DNA of 64,000 nt. Source: a bacterium. Lineage in GTDB: Bacteria; Hinthialibacterota; Hinthialibacteria; Hinthialibacterales; Hinthialibacteraceae. Of this stretch, positions 9,360 to 18,913 are shown piece after piece. How positions within the stretch are numbered: position 1 is the stretch's first letter; every line of letters begins with the position of its first letter. Location of the stretch: the NCBI GenBank assembly GCA_963663405.2, contig CAXXSM010000132.1, positions 160,001-224,000 of the forward strand, written 5' to 3'. Below the pieces are notes generated by a model. The model was not told the origin of the DNA, searched no databases, and saw nothing but the letters and a program-made list of their open reading frames with translations. A program made the position numbers and the translations under genes.

Positions 9360-9624
9360 TGATCTCCTTCTTTCAAACGTAAGCGCGAATCAAGTTGTGT
9401 AGTCCAGGTGGCTACGATGAGAGTTCGCTACGGCGCCGTTTACGAACAATTCTATAACCGGTTTCCAATCCTTTCTCTAAAATAAAACAATATAGGCAGA
9501 GGATTTAATTATATAACGCAAACCAGATTGGTTGATAGAGTGATGGAGAGACGCCGAGGAAGAAAAAACACATTCGTGTGCGACAGGGGAACCATTATTG
9601 GGTTTTATTTCTAAAGGATTATTA

Positions 9625-12168
9625 TCATTTCTTTGTTCCGGGCAGAAGGCCATATACGCGTGGCCGGAACTGCTTAATGTGATCGCCTTTCATTTGCCAG
9701 GAGATCTTATTTTCTCCCTTTTTAAGCGGAACGGGAAACCTTGCTGGCAGGACTGTATTAGTCTCAGGATCGTACCGGATCGTCTTCTCTTTTTGCAGTG
9801 GAATCCCATTCCAGAGGATATAATTCTCCAGCGTTTGTATTCCTTCCGGCGCTTGGATGAGAAGACAGGATCCAGGTAAGGCGGATTCGATTTCAAAGGC
9901 GTAGATCCCCGTTTTTTCCGCTTTCACGGTATAGGTAAGGTAATAAAGCGCGTTTTCTTCTGGAACGTGTTCGATTTTATCCGGAAGTGGGATGGTTTTA
10001 GACACGTTTCCGAAAATATATTCGCGGTTTGTCTCTGTGGCGGCGTTGATGGAACTGTAACCTAAAAACAGCCTTTTATCATCCGCGATTTTTAGATGAT
10101 GCGGTATTGTCCATAGATCACTTTTTTCCAATGCGTAAGGTCCTTGAACCAGTAGATGGCCCGATTCCGTTTCGTTTGGAACCAGTTTTAAACAATCGAT
10201 CCCAGCGACATAACCCGTGGAATTGTCATTTTTCCCTAGTACGATCACACTCACGCGGGGCCGGTCACTCGCATGGATAAATACCGGGATTTCGGATCGG
10301 TACGATTCGGCATTTGCCGTTTTCCCATATAAATCGATTGAGGGGAAAACGGAGGTGTCATTCACTTGAATTTCGATCCTTGGCGCATTAGGCGCTTCGG
10401 TTAATGTACAGATCAATCCATACCAACCCGAATAATCAACGTCCGTCATATTGAAATGAATGGACGCGCCTGGTTTGGACGCTTTAAAACGCATCTGTTG
10501 ATCGCCGCTCCAATCAGAGCCAAAGGGGCGCATATCTTGTGGATCGAAGATCCCTTCATAGGCTTCAAGAGAGAGTGTTTCCGCTTCCAATGACCGGACC
10601 GGTTCGCCTTTCCGGTCATAGATCTCATATATTGGATGCTCAATGGGAGCCGTGCGAAACCGCCGCGCGGGAGCGGGATCGGGCCAGGGGAATCGTGTGT
10701 GTGGTTCTTCTTGATACCAGTAGACCACTGAAGAATAATCGCATTGGCGAACATTGCCGCTCCCATGTTCGAACATCGCCGCCACGCCCTGTTGAAAAGG
10801 CAAAGGCGCGGCGAAAAAGAGACGCAGCAGGACATCTCCTCCCCATGAATCCGGGCGGCCCGCGGCTAAAGGCCATTCGTTCTTCTGCAATGTTCCCGCC
10901 ATGTCGAAGAAACCGTTTTTTCCCGTTCCCGCCAGCAGTTCTTGGTCGATAAAGATCATCGCATCGCTTTCGGGATCGGGTGTGCGCAGCATGGATATTC
11001 CTACGAGATGCCCTTTCCCCCGCGCCGAGAGCGCCGCATAATTCTGGTCTGGTTCGCAGAGTGGATCCAAAGGCTCTGTGTTAAACGCAACCGTTTCTAG
11101 ACAGGTTTGATTCTCCCGCCGCCAAAGCGCATGAAAATAACGTATTGTATCGGGAAGACTCACACTCGTTTGGGGATATAAAGTTAAATCAACGTTGCAG
11201 GATTTTGTTCGATTGCCGTTTTCGATCTCGATCCGCATATTCTTTTTATATGGCATAGGGAAATAACAGTATCGCCTGGAATTGCGCCCTAAGCCAAGAG
11301 CCATTGAACTGACGTTGTATCCAAAGAAATCGAGAGCGGGCGCTAAAACGCTTGGCTCGGTCTCTCCATCCCAATAGATCCGCAGAAGCAGATCGCGTCC
11401 GACTGTGTTGTCTCCAGCCCATCGAATCCGGATGCCCCGCAGTACCGCCGGGCCGGCGCAGGAGGCGAATTCGATCGAAGCCCCGGCGGGAATTGTATTC
11501 ACTACGCTCTTGGTTTGAATTTCATTATTTCCTGGAAAGGGGGGATTGTTGGTATATCGTTGAAATCGCTTGGCCGTGTTTGTAATCGCATTTTTATCAG
11601 CGCTGGACAATGGAAGAATCAGCGGCTCAACTTTTGTCCCCTCAGGAAATGTAACCGTTTCGATTTGGTAATAACAGAGTTTTTCACATACGATCTTACA
11701 AAACCGGGAAAAAGGGATGGGAACATAGCTCCAACAGGCGCCGTTTTCTGTATTGCTCGAATAGACGAACGGATTGACGAAGGGACTCAATTTATTCTGA
11801 AAAAGTACCTGAAAGGGCTCATAGAGTATGGGTTTGTCATAATCATCAATGTATATCCGCAGGGCGCCGGTTGGATTGAGCGCCCAAATCCGCGTAATCG
11901 CGCCGGGTCCCTGCGCTTCTGCGATGACGCTCCAACTGCCTTCATGACGGATATACCCAGTGTCATCCAGATTTCCTCCCTGCCGGTCCGCGCTGGACCA
12001 CATCGTTATGGATATGTTTGGATCAAGGTACAGAGAGTCTAAATCTACCATTTTTTGTAGTAGTGTAGAGAAGGAAACAGATGGGTGGTCTTCTGCGATT
12101 GCGCTTAAGGCTAAAAAAAGCGGAAATAAGCCCCAAAGAAATCGTTTTTTCATGGAACGAGGGATCAT
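9625..12168 (-). CDS. Secreted DUF2961 (GH172-like) domain protein
   Basis: Signal peptide; SSADRQGGNLD, GPGAITRIW, LRIYWDGETEPSV...DFFG, YFPMPY, EHGSGN...SVVYWYQ. Confidence 0.8.
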   Translation of the reverse strand: MIPRSMKKRFLWGLFPLFLALSAIAEDHPSVSFSTLLQKMVDLDSLYLDPNISITMWSSADRQGGNLDDTGYIRHEGSWSVIAEAQGPGAITRIWALNPTGALRIYIDDYDKPILYEPFQVLFQNKLSPFVNPFVYSSNTENGACWSYVPIPFSRFCKIVCEKLCYYQIETVTFPEGTKVEPLILPLSSADKNAITNTAKRFQRYTNNPPFPGNNEIQTKSVVNTIPAGASIEFASCAGPAVLRGIRIRWAGDNTVGRDLLLRIYWDGETEPSVLAPALDFFGYNVSSMALGLGRNSRRYCYFPMPYKKNMRIEIENGNRTKSCNVDLTLYPQTSVSLPDTIRYFHALWRRENQTCLETVAFNTEPLDPLCEPDQNYAALSARGKGHLVGISMLRTPDPESDAMIFIDQELLAGTGKNGFFDMAGTLQKNEWPLAAGRPDSWGGDVLLRLFFAAPLPFQQGVAAMFEHGSGNVRQCDYSSVVYWYQEEPHTRFPWPDPAPARRFRTAPIEHPIYEIYDRKGEPVRSLEAETLSLEAYEGIFDPQDMRPFGSDWSGDQQMRFKASKPGASIHFNMTDVDYSGWYGLICTLTEAPNAPRIEIQVNDTSVFPSIDLYGKTANAESYRSEIPVFIHASDRPRVSVIVLGKNDNSTGYVAGIDCLKLVPNETESGHLLVQGPYALEKSDLWTIPHHLKIADDKRLFLGYSSINAATETNREYIFGNVSKTIPLPDKIEHVPEENALYYLTYTVKAEKTGIYAFEIESALPGSCLLIQAPEGIQTLENYILWNGIPLQKEKTIRYDPETNTVLPARFPVPLKKGENKISWQMKGDHIKQFRPRVYGLLPGTKK

Positions 12169-12282
12169 TATCTAGTCTAACTTACGATGAATTGCGTGGT
12201 TGTTATTGTACTATTCCAACAGAATAGAATACAACGATCCCGCAATCAATGATGAGGGCTGAACGCAGCCGTTAGAAAAACA

Positions 12283-13449
12283 TTATCCAGGATTTTGTTG
12301 TTGGGGATTCCACAGGGTGGTTTTGACTTCGAGGTAAATCCGGTTGGGGCCACGTTGGATGACCATGGAGACTGTTTCATCCGGCTTGGTATGGAAAATT
12401 TTATAGAGCAGATTCAACACATTCGTTTCTTTTTCTTCGTTAAATTCTATAATGAAATCGCCTCGTTTTAGACCGGCTTTCGCGGCGGGACTGTTTTCGG
12501 CGAGTTTCTCAACGAGAATTCCGGATTCCAGCTGGACAAGATCCAATCCCGGAATCCAGCCACGTTCCCGTTTTCCTTCTGCAATGATCGATTTGGCGGA
12601 ATCCGCCACTATATCCGCGGGGATGATGAACGTGAGTCCCGGCCAGTTTCCAACATGATATTCCGACGCGATCATTCCTACCAACAAACCAGATGGGCTA
12701 AAAACCGGAGCCCCTTCATTGTGAGGATAGAGAGGTAGATCCGTCTGTATATATCGCTCGATTTTAAAGAGTTTCATCCCGCGTTTATGCCCACCGATCA
12801 TGCCGGAGAATGGGGAGGCGGGGAGATCGTACGGCCGTTGGATTGCGATTACATACGACGCGACGGGCAAGAGGGTTGAAATCGAATCCAGATCGATGTA
12901 GTCAGAGAACGTCGCGCTGTCCACCCGCAGCACCGCCACACCCGTCAATTCGTCGATCCCTTGCAGCGCCGCTTTTATTTGCCGCCGGTTGTTGTCGTAC
13001 ACGGTGAGATCGCCACCGAGAGTCGCGCTTTTAATTACGGTGCTCAACGTAACCAAATGATGGGGGGTGACGGCGAAAGCGGCCCCGTTTTTTTGATTTC
13101 TCACTATCATGCGCTCTTTCAGATATTCCATATCCCGTTCCACTTGTTCGACCATGGATTGGAACGCGTTGTAGCTTATCGATGGGGATGCGCCACCGGT
13201 GATAGCGCTGGAATAACTTTTGAGATAGCCTCTTAGGCGGGAGACGGTGTTGTTGTAATTTTGCAAAATGTAATTCTTTGGGATTTCCACACTGACGGTG
13301 TATACCGCTGGAGAATACCGCTGGAACGTGTCATGTACGGCTAGGTCCCCTTGCCCAACCGCGGCTGGAACGCCTCCCCATAATATTGCGCACACCGCAA
13401 TGACCGGTCCAAATAATCTCATGTTTGCAATCTCCATTAAAACCACCAT
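12283..13449 (-). CDS. HtrA/DegP-like (S1C) protein with one PDZ domain, catalytic triad substituted
   Basis: YIQTD, G.PVF...G.LVG, F.IP, SPAAKAGLKRGD.I; signal peptide. Exact start uncertain. Confidence 0.8.
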   Translation of the reverse strand: MVVLMEIANMRLFGPVIAVCAILWGGVPAAVGQGDLAVHDTFQRYSPAVYTVSVEIPKNYILQNYNNTVSRLRGYLKSYSSAITGGASPSISYNAFQSMVEQVERDMEYLKERMIVRNQKNGAAFAVTPHHLVTLSTVIKSATLGGDLTVYDNNRRQIKAALQGIDELTGVAVLRVDSATFSDYIDLDSISTLLPVASYVIAIQRPYDLPASPFSGMIGGHKRGMKLFKIERYIQTDLPLYPHNEGAPVFSPSGLLVGMIASEYHVGNWPGLTFIIPADIVADSAKSIIAEGKRERGWIPGLDLVQLESGILVEKLAENSPAAKAGLKRGDFIIEFNEEKETNVLNLLYKIFHTKPDETVSMVIQRGPNRIYLEVKTTLWNPQQQNPG

Positions 13450-14046
13450 GATTTAAACTCACATTGAACAATTGAAAATGAGTTGCAGGGGAAAGCGCGA
13501 AGGAGAGAGGCATTGAAACTCATTTTTGTCTGAATCATCCTATTTATGAATATGTTGACCCGAATCGCCATCTTGTTTGGAACCGCTGGTTTCCAAATCC
13601 ATTCGCTTTCATGAAATACGTGATATCTCGCATAAAGTAACGATCTTAATCGGATTTGGATCGATTTATCCCGCCTTTTCTCCGCGTATCAGTGGTAATG
13701 ATTGTTAATGAACACTAAATAAATTCATAAAAAAGAAAATAATCCCCTTGACTCACCTAGGTTTATTGTTGTAAAGAATTATATAATACTATACCTTTGA
13801 TAGATTCAATGAAAACAAGTATACTTTGAAATAACTATTAGCATATGAAAATGAGTAGCGTGGGCCGCGGATTATCGGTCCACCAGGAATGGTTTTTATC
13901 TCCGGTGGGTCTTTAAGACATGGTCTGTCCTGTAGAGATTGAAATCAATATATAATAAAAGGAGGTGATAGGATAAAAAAAAGTTACATTGAGGAATAAA
14001 TGTTTGAACTCAGGAATTTTGAATGCAATCGTAGGAGAGAATAAAA

Positions 14047-15525
14047 ATGAAGAAAAGAATGTTTATCAGTATTTTATTCTGTTTACTCGCCGCTGTTCCA
14101 GGAATCATGGCTCAAGAAGTGCCGATGAACCACGCCGGCGCTGGCGTGACTGTTCTCGTTCCAGATCTTTTGATAGCAAAATCGGATGTGGACATGGGCA
14201 GCTACTGGGAGCCTTTCACAGACATTTTCGGGGATGGCACTATCGCTGTAATTGCTGGTTGCTATGCCGAAGGCACGACGAGTGGCACCATGAACGCCAA
14301 AGTCGTTTTCATCGATATGGAAGGAAACGTGTCAGAATATTGGGCGTTCTACGATGACGCGGGCAATCCTTATACAGGTCCGTTCAACGAAGCCCGGAAA
14401 GATGGGAACCCCCCACGGATCGCTTGTGACCGCCGATCGGGTAGTACAACGTATGTCACCGGTCAGGAAGCCACTCCCTATTTGTATAATGAATTCAACA
14501 GCGATGGCCGTTGGGAAAAATCCTTTGTGTACACCCAGAATCAAGTCGCCGCCGTTCAATTCTTCAACTTAACCGACGCGGGTCCTGTCCCGTTCTCGAA
14601 TGTAATCGATCCTGTATATGGGGCGGGAGACATCGAAGGCGCGCAGAGTAATCAAATGCGTTTCGGTGGAGAGATCCGTATTCTATCCAATGGGAATATT
14701 CTCGTTGTCCCCGAAGACCGCAATGGCGGCATCATTTCAGGAAACGCCGCGATCGCCACCATCTTTGATGGTGAGACCGGCGAAATCATCAAAGGCCCCT
14801 TCAATCCGGCGGGTGATGAAGCCGCTCATAGCATTTGGTCGAATGTGGCTGCGTTCAATGGCGGTTTCGCCGTTCGTTCTGAAGGTGTCATGACGATGTA
14901 TACCAACGACGGTGAGTTGATGAACTGGGTCCTCCAAGAAGAATGGACTAATGTCGCGGACACAGGCCGGGGCGATGGCACCCGGATCGCGTCCAATATC
15001 ACCAGTGATTACATTTATATTCTTGGTAAAGATAATGTGGTAGGGGACATGATCATCTCTCGCATCAACGCGCAAACCGGCGCCGTCGATAATACGATTG
15101 CTGATGTCGAAGGACATGAGGGCCATGACACTGTAATCGCCAATGAAGTGGAATTATGGGACGTTGGTGACTTTGATCGTGGAGACATAGCGGTTGATAT
15201 GAATGGCAACATCTGCGTAACCTATGAATTCGAGGATTTCGCTTTCCCAGACTTACCACAAATGGTCGCCCGGATTTTCAATAGCGATATGGAACCGGTT
15301 ACACCGACGTTCTACGCATTTGAGAATCACGATACAATCGATGACATTAAGGGCATTATTGCCAAGGAAGTGAATGTCTCGATGGATAACCAGCGAATCG
15401 TGATCGCCGCCGATGGTATAACTGTAGATCCAGACAGTGGCGTACTCACACCGAAAGAACAGGCGTATGCGATTGTATTAGCCAATCCTTTGAGCACATC
15501 CGTTGCTGCTTGGGAATTGTTCTAA
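14047..15525 (+). CDS. Acidic secreted/surface protein with C-terminal TSVAAWELF tail
   Basis: GGAG RBS, signal peptide MKKRMF...IMA; D/G/N-rich beta-type sequence; followed by a strong terminator. Confidence 0.8.
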   Translation: MKKRMFISILFCLLAAVPGIMAQEVPMNHAGAGVTVLVPDLLIAKSDVDMGSYWEPFTDIFGDGTIAVIAGCYAEGTTSGTMNAKVVFIDMEGNVSEYWAFYDDAGNPYTGPFNEARKDGNPPRIACDRRSGSTTYVTGQEATPYLYNEFNSDGRWEKSFVYTQNQVAAVQFFNLTDAGPVPFSNVIDPVYGAGDIEGAQSNQMRFGGEIRILSNGNILVVPEDRNGGIISGNAAIATIFDGETGEIIKGPFNPAGDEAAHSIWSNVAAFNGGFAVRSEGVMTMYTNDGELMNWVLQEEWTNVADTGRGDGTRIASNITSDYIYILGKDNVVGDMIISRINAQTGAVDNTIADVEGHEGHDTVIANEVELWDVGDFDRGDIAVDMNGNICVTYEFEDFAFPDLPQMVARIFNSDMEPVTPTFYAFENHDTIDDIKGIIAKEVNVSMDNQRIVIAADGITVDPDSGVLTPKEQAYAIVLANPLSTSVAAWELF

Positions 15526-15566
15526 TTACTCATTTACTACTAATTGCTTCTATTGATCGTTCGATG

Positions 15567-15597
15567 AGCCCACGTTTCACCGCGTGGGCTTTTTTTT
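15567..15597 (+). terminator. Rho-independent terminator
   Basis: Stem AGCCCACG/CGTGGGCT followed by a T run. Confidence 0.85.
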
Positions 15598-15610
15598 CTA
15601 TTCGTTACTT

Positions 15611-18600
15611 TTACCGGGAGGAAAGAGAGGCGCTGAGCGAATCGATTTCGTATGTGACGAAAGGCCGGGTGTTGCGATGGTTGTAATGCCATTCTTCCCG
15701 GCCACCGGGGTAGATCTCTCGCAGTTTGTTGATATACCGGCGATTGCTTCGGACGAGAACGAAATTCACCGGTTCCCGCCGCGTTCGATTCTCCAACAGA
15801 AACCGTTCAGGATCTTCCACGGTTTCCCCCCGCGCTTGTGGCGCGAGAAAACGAATATTGCCATACTCAAAGAAGAAATGGGGAGGGCCGAAAAAGTACG
15901 TGTACCGGGTGGGCCCTCTTTCGTCTAAATACCGCGCGATGCGAGTGGAATCATCGAGTGGTTGGGGGATGGACATGATCTGGTGAAAATAGCGGTGCAT
16001 TCCAAAGATCAATAGAATCGCCGCCCCACTACAAATGACAGCTACCCGTTTGGAATGCGGCCAGCAAAATACCTGCGAAAAATGTAGAAATACTCCATGC
16101 AGCGCGGGCGCCGCGATTAAGAACAGCAGAGGAACGCCTCCGATCAGACGCTGATAGGCCGGGCAGTTATTCGTAAACGCTGCGCCGGTCATAAAAATAC
16201 AGAACAGCCAAAACAGGAGAAGCAGAGACGCGGGTTTATAAATCGTTAATACTACGAAAAGGAGTCCTACGGTGAAGCAGATGGCGGGAAGAGGGTCTAA
16301 AATGCCTCCATATCCGTTATTTATTAAATAGGGGCTTCGATTGGGGTGGGTGATGGGCGCAAGCAGTGTTCGTTCAACTTGCTGTTTCGCGATCTCATTC
16401 GCTGACACGTTCGGTGGATAATCCCTTAAGATCAAGGTTTGCCCTTCTTGATGGAGAAAGGAGACACTTTTAGCGCGGGAATAAAACGTTGTGCTGTCAA
16501 CTAAATAATTTCCAATTAATGGAGACGCGGTCACCCAAAAGGCAAGCATGTACATGAAACCTCCCGCCATCGCATGCCGCAGGGGCATAATCCGGGTCAG
16601 CGTCAGCAAGACGAACGATCCGCAAAGCATCGGGAACAGAATGTGAGACGCCTGATAACTCAGAAAACCGATTCCAGTCAGAAAACCCGCTAAGCAATAA
16701 CTCTTACCATCCGATTCCTGCGCGCCCCGGAGAAAGAAGTACAACGCCGCGATGGTAATCAACGCTGTTTGGTTATAACCGGTTCCCATGCGGGAAAAGT
16801 GGATCGTATACGAAGAAACCGCATAGAGGAACGTGGCAATCGCCGCCGGTCTGGGATGAAAAAGTCTCTTGGCGAGTAAATAGAATATTGGGATCGCGCC
16901 TAGCCCGGTCAGCGCGCCCATCAAACGAACGCCGAATAATGTGTCTCCAAAAAGCCACATCCCCCAAGCGGGGATTAGGTAATATAATTTTGGGATATGA
17001 TACCAACCTAATCCAAATAGATTCCAATCTCCGGAATCGCGGACTTCGATCCCATTCAGCGCCACTTCGCCCTCGTCGCCGTGCACGTCGGTTGGCACAG
17101 ATGTGTTCCCTATGGTGTATAATAATGCCGCGAGCACGATTACCACGATCACAAATGTATTGGCCCGCTGACCGGAAAGAGGGGAATCTTCAGCGGGTGT
17201 ATGGTCCTTTTCTTCATATTGATCGAAATCGTCTTCACTGACGCTGCCCGTCGAGAAGGGAACCGCCAGCGAAGTTTTTTTCATCTGAATGGTCAGCCAT
17301 TCTTGACGGGCGTTGTTCTTTGAGGAATTAGAAACGCGGAACAGCAGAAATAGACTGATCCCCCAAGCCGCCATCGGCGCGTACCAAGGCAGTTTCCAAC
17401 CCAAAGGAGTGGCTTGCAAGTAGTAATATTGACCGCATACGGGAACGATCCACCAAAGTAATAGAGCAATGACCGTGAGAATCCCAAAAGGGAAATGAAA
17501 TGGTCGGCCGTCGGATTTCCATTTTTCTTGGGGGAGAAAGGATCTGGCGGCGCGCCGGAACGAGTATAGAAAGACAAGCGGCGCCGCGATCCAGAACGGG
17601 AGGGGAGGAAAGTAGGGTGATATCGACGCGGCGGTCACGAGTTCCGCATATGCGATCCAGATTGGAATTCCATACGCCACGCAAAGGGAAAACTTCGCGA
17701 TCCCCGTTCCCATACCCGCCACGAGACTGATCAGCCAGAAGACGAATGAGACAGCGAGCCAGAAATAAGGGGATTGAAGAAGATCCAGTGATTTTTCTTG
17801 CGTTTTCACCCACTCATTTTGGAAATCCGATTCAATCTGTGCAGGCGCGCTGGATGCGTGCGTTCCTTGTGGAGCAAATTTATTTTGTACGCAGCAGAGA
17901 TAAAGGTCCCGTTCGGGTAGATACGCCGCCGCCGTAATATAATTTAAATTATCCCGCACAACCCGCTGCGGGCCTTGCGCGGGAAGTTCGATCAGCCGTT
18001 GTCCGTCTCCATCGGATACGAGAACGGCGCCATTGGATAACAGCGTCAATTTGTTTGGATGATTGTATCCTTTCCACTCCGCGAGAATTCGGCCGGCGGC
18101 CGATACTTTAATGACGCGGTGATTGTCAAAGTCGGAGATCAGCGTATCACCATTTTCGAGCCGCAGCGCGTCCAATGGCTGCTTCAGGTTATCATTGTAT
18201 GACCAAACGATTTTCCCTTCCGGATTCAGTTCGAGAATACGGTTTGCTTTAGCGTCGCTTACTAAGTAATTTCCGTTGGGCAGACGATCGGCATCGGTGG
18301 GATCAACGAGGGTGAATGGAAGTAGATTTCTCTCACCGGTTAGCCGGTTGAAGATAAACACTTCCCGGTTGTAACGCGATGTGAGGAGAAACTCGCCGGG
18401 CGTTTCGAGAGGATCTACGTCCTGCAGGCCGTAAAACGATGTGCCGAACAGGATCGAGCCATCCAATGAAAAGAGAATAAAATTGCCCGATGCGCCCGCC
18501 ACCACAAATTCCGTTTTTGAAGGAAGTATCTCCACATCGCTGGGAATGCCGGCAACCGGGTAAAATTTCTGAATCTTTCCCGCGCTGTTGAAGGCGATGA

Positions 18601-18703
18601 TCCCCGATTGCATTGGATATCCATTCACAACGGGCAGGGATTGAGTGAATCCTTGGAGAATAGGGATGAATAGGAATATGAGGGAAAAGACGAACGGCAT
18701 CAT
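15611..18703 (-). CDS. GT-C (PMT/ArnT-like) membrane glycosyltransferase with N-terminal beta-propeller
   Basis: N-terminal P.DA.RL.NG..L.SD..N.RV repeats; many TMs; VHGDEGE, FG.TLFGVRL, HFSRMG; start likely ATG 18703. Confidence 0.75.
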   Translation of the reverse strand: MMPFVFSLIFLFIPILQGFTQSLPVVNGYPMQSGIIAFNSAGKIQKFYPVAGIPSDVEILPSKTEFVVAGASGNFILFSLDGSILFGTSFYGLQDVDPLETPGEFLLTSRYNREVFIFNRLTGERNLLPFTLVDPTDADRLPNGNYLVSDAKANRILELNPEGKIVWSYNDNLKQPLDALRLENGDTLISDFDNHRVIKVSAAGRILAEWKGYNHPNKLTLLSNGAVLVSDGDGQRLIELPAQGPQRVVRDNLNYITAAAYLPERDLYLCCVQNKFAPQGTHASSAPAQIESDFQNEWVKTQEKSLDLLQSPYFWLAVSFVFWLISLVAGMGTGIAKFSLCVAYGIPIWIAYAELVTAASISPYFPPLPFWIAAPLVFLYSFRRAARSFLPQEKWKSDGRPFHFPFGILTVIALLLWWIVPVCGQYYYLQATPLGWKLPWYAPMAAWGISLFLLFRVSNSSKNNARQEWLTIQMKKTSLAVPFSTGSVSEDDFDQYEEKDHTPAEDSPLSGQRANTFVIVVIVLAALLYTIGNTSVPTDVHGDEGEVALNGIEVRDSGDWNLFGLGWYHIPKLYYLIPAWGMWLFGDTLFGVRLMGALTGLGAIPIFYLLAKRLFHPRPAAIATFLYAVSSYTIHFSRMGTGYNQTALITIAALYFFLRGAQESDGKSYCLAGFLTGIGFLSYQASHILFPMLCGSFVLLTLTRIMPLRHAMAGGFMYMLAFWVTASPLIGNYLVDSTTFYSRAKSVSFLHQEGQTLILRDYPPNVSANEIAKQQVERTLLAPITHPNRSPYLINNGYGGILDPLPAICFTVGLLFVVLTIYKPASLLLLFWLFCIFMTGAAFTNNCPAYQRLIGGVPLLFLIAAPALHGVFLHFSQVFCWPHSKRVAVICSGAAILLIFGMHRYFHQIMSIPQPLDDSTRIARYLDERGPTRYTYFFGPPHFFFEYGNIRFLAPQARGETVEDPERFLLENRTRREPVNFVLVRSNRRYINKLREIYPGGREEWHYNHRNTRPFVTYEIDSLSASLSSR

Positions 18704-18913
18704 TAGATTTATCCTGAGATAGGAGTGTCGAGTATATAAATATGGGGTATTGTATCCCCAAATCACCTGGCGGCAAAACGATACTCGCTGGTTCTGCGCT
18801 GGGATTGAAAGATAATAAATTTGATTTTGGATGAAATAAGCCGGTTGATTTTGCCTAGAGACAAGATCAACCGGCTTCATTAGATTGTCATAGATTTGGA
18901 ATTAGCGCAGCGT

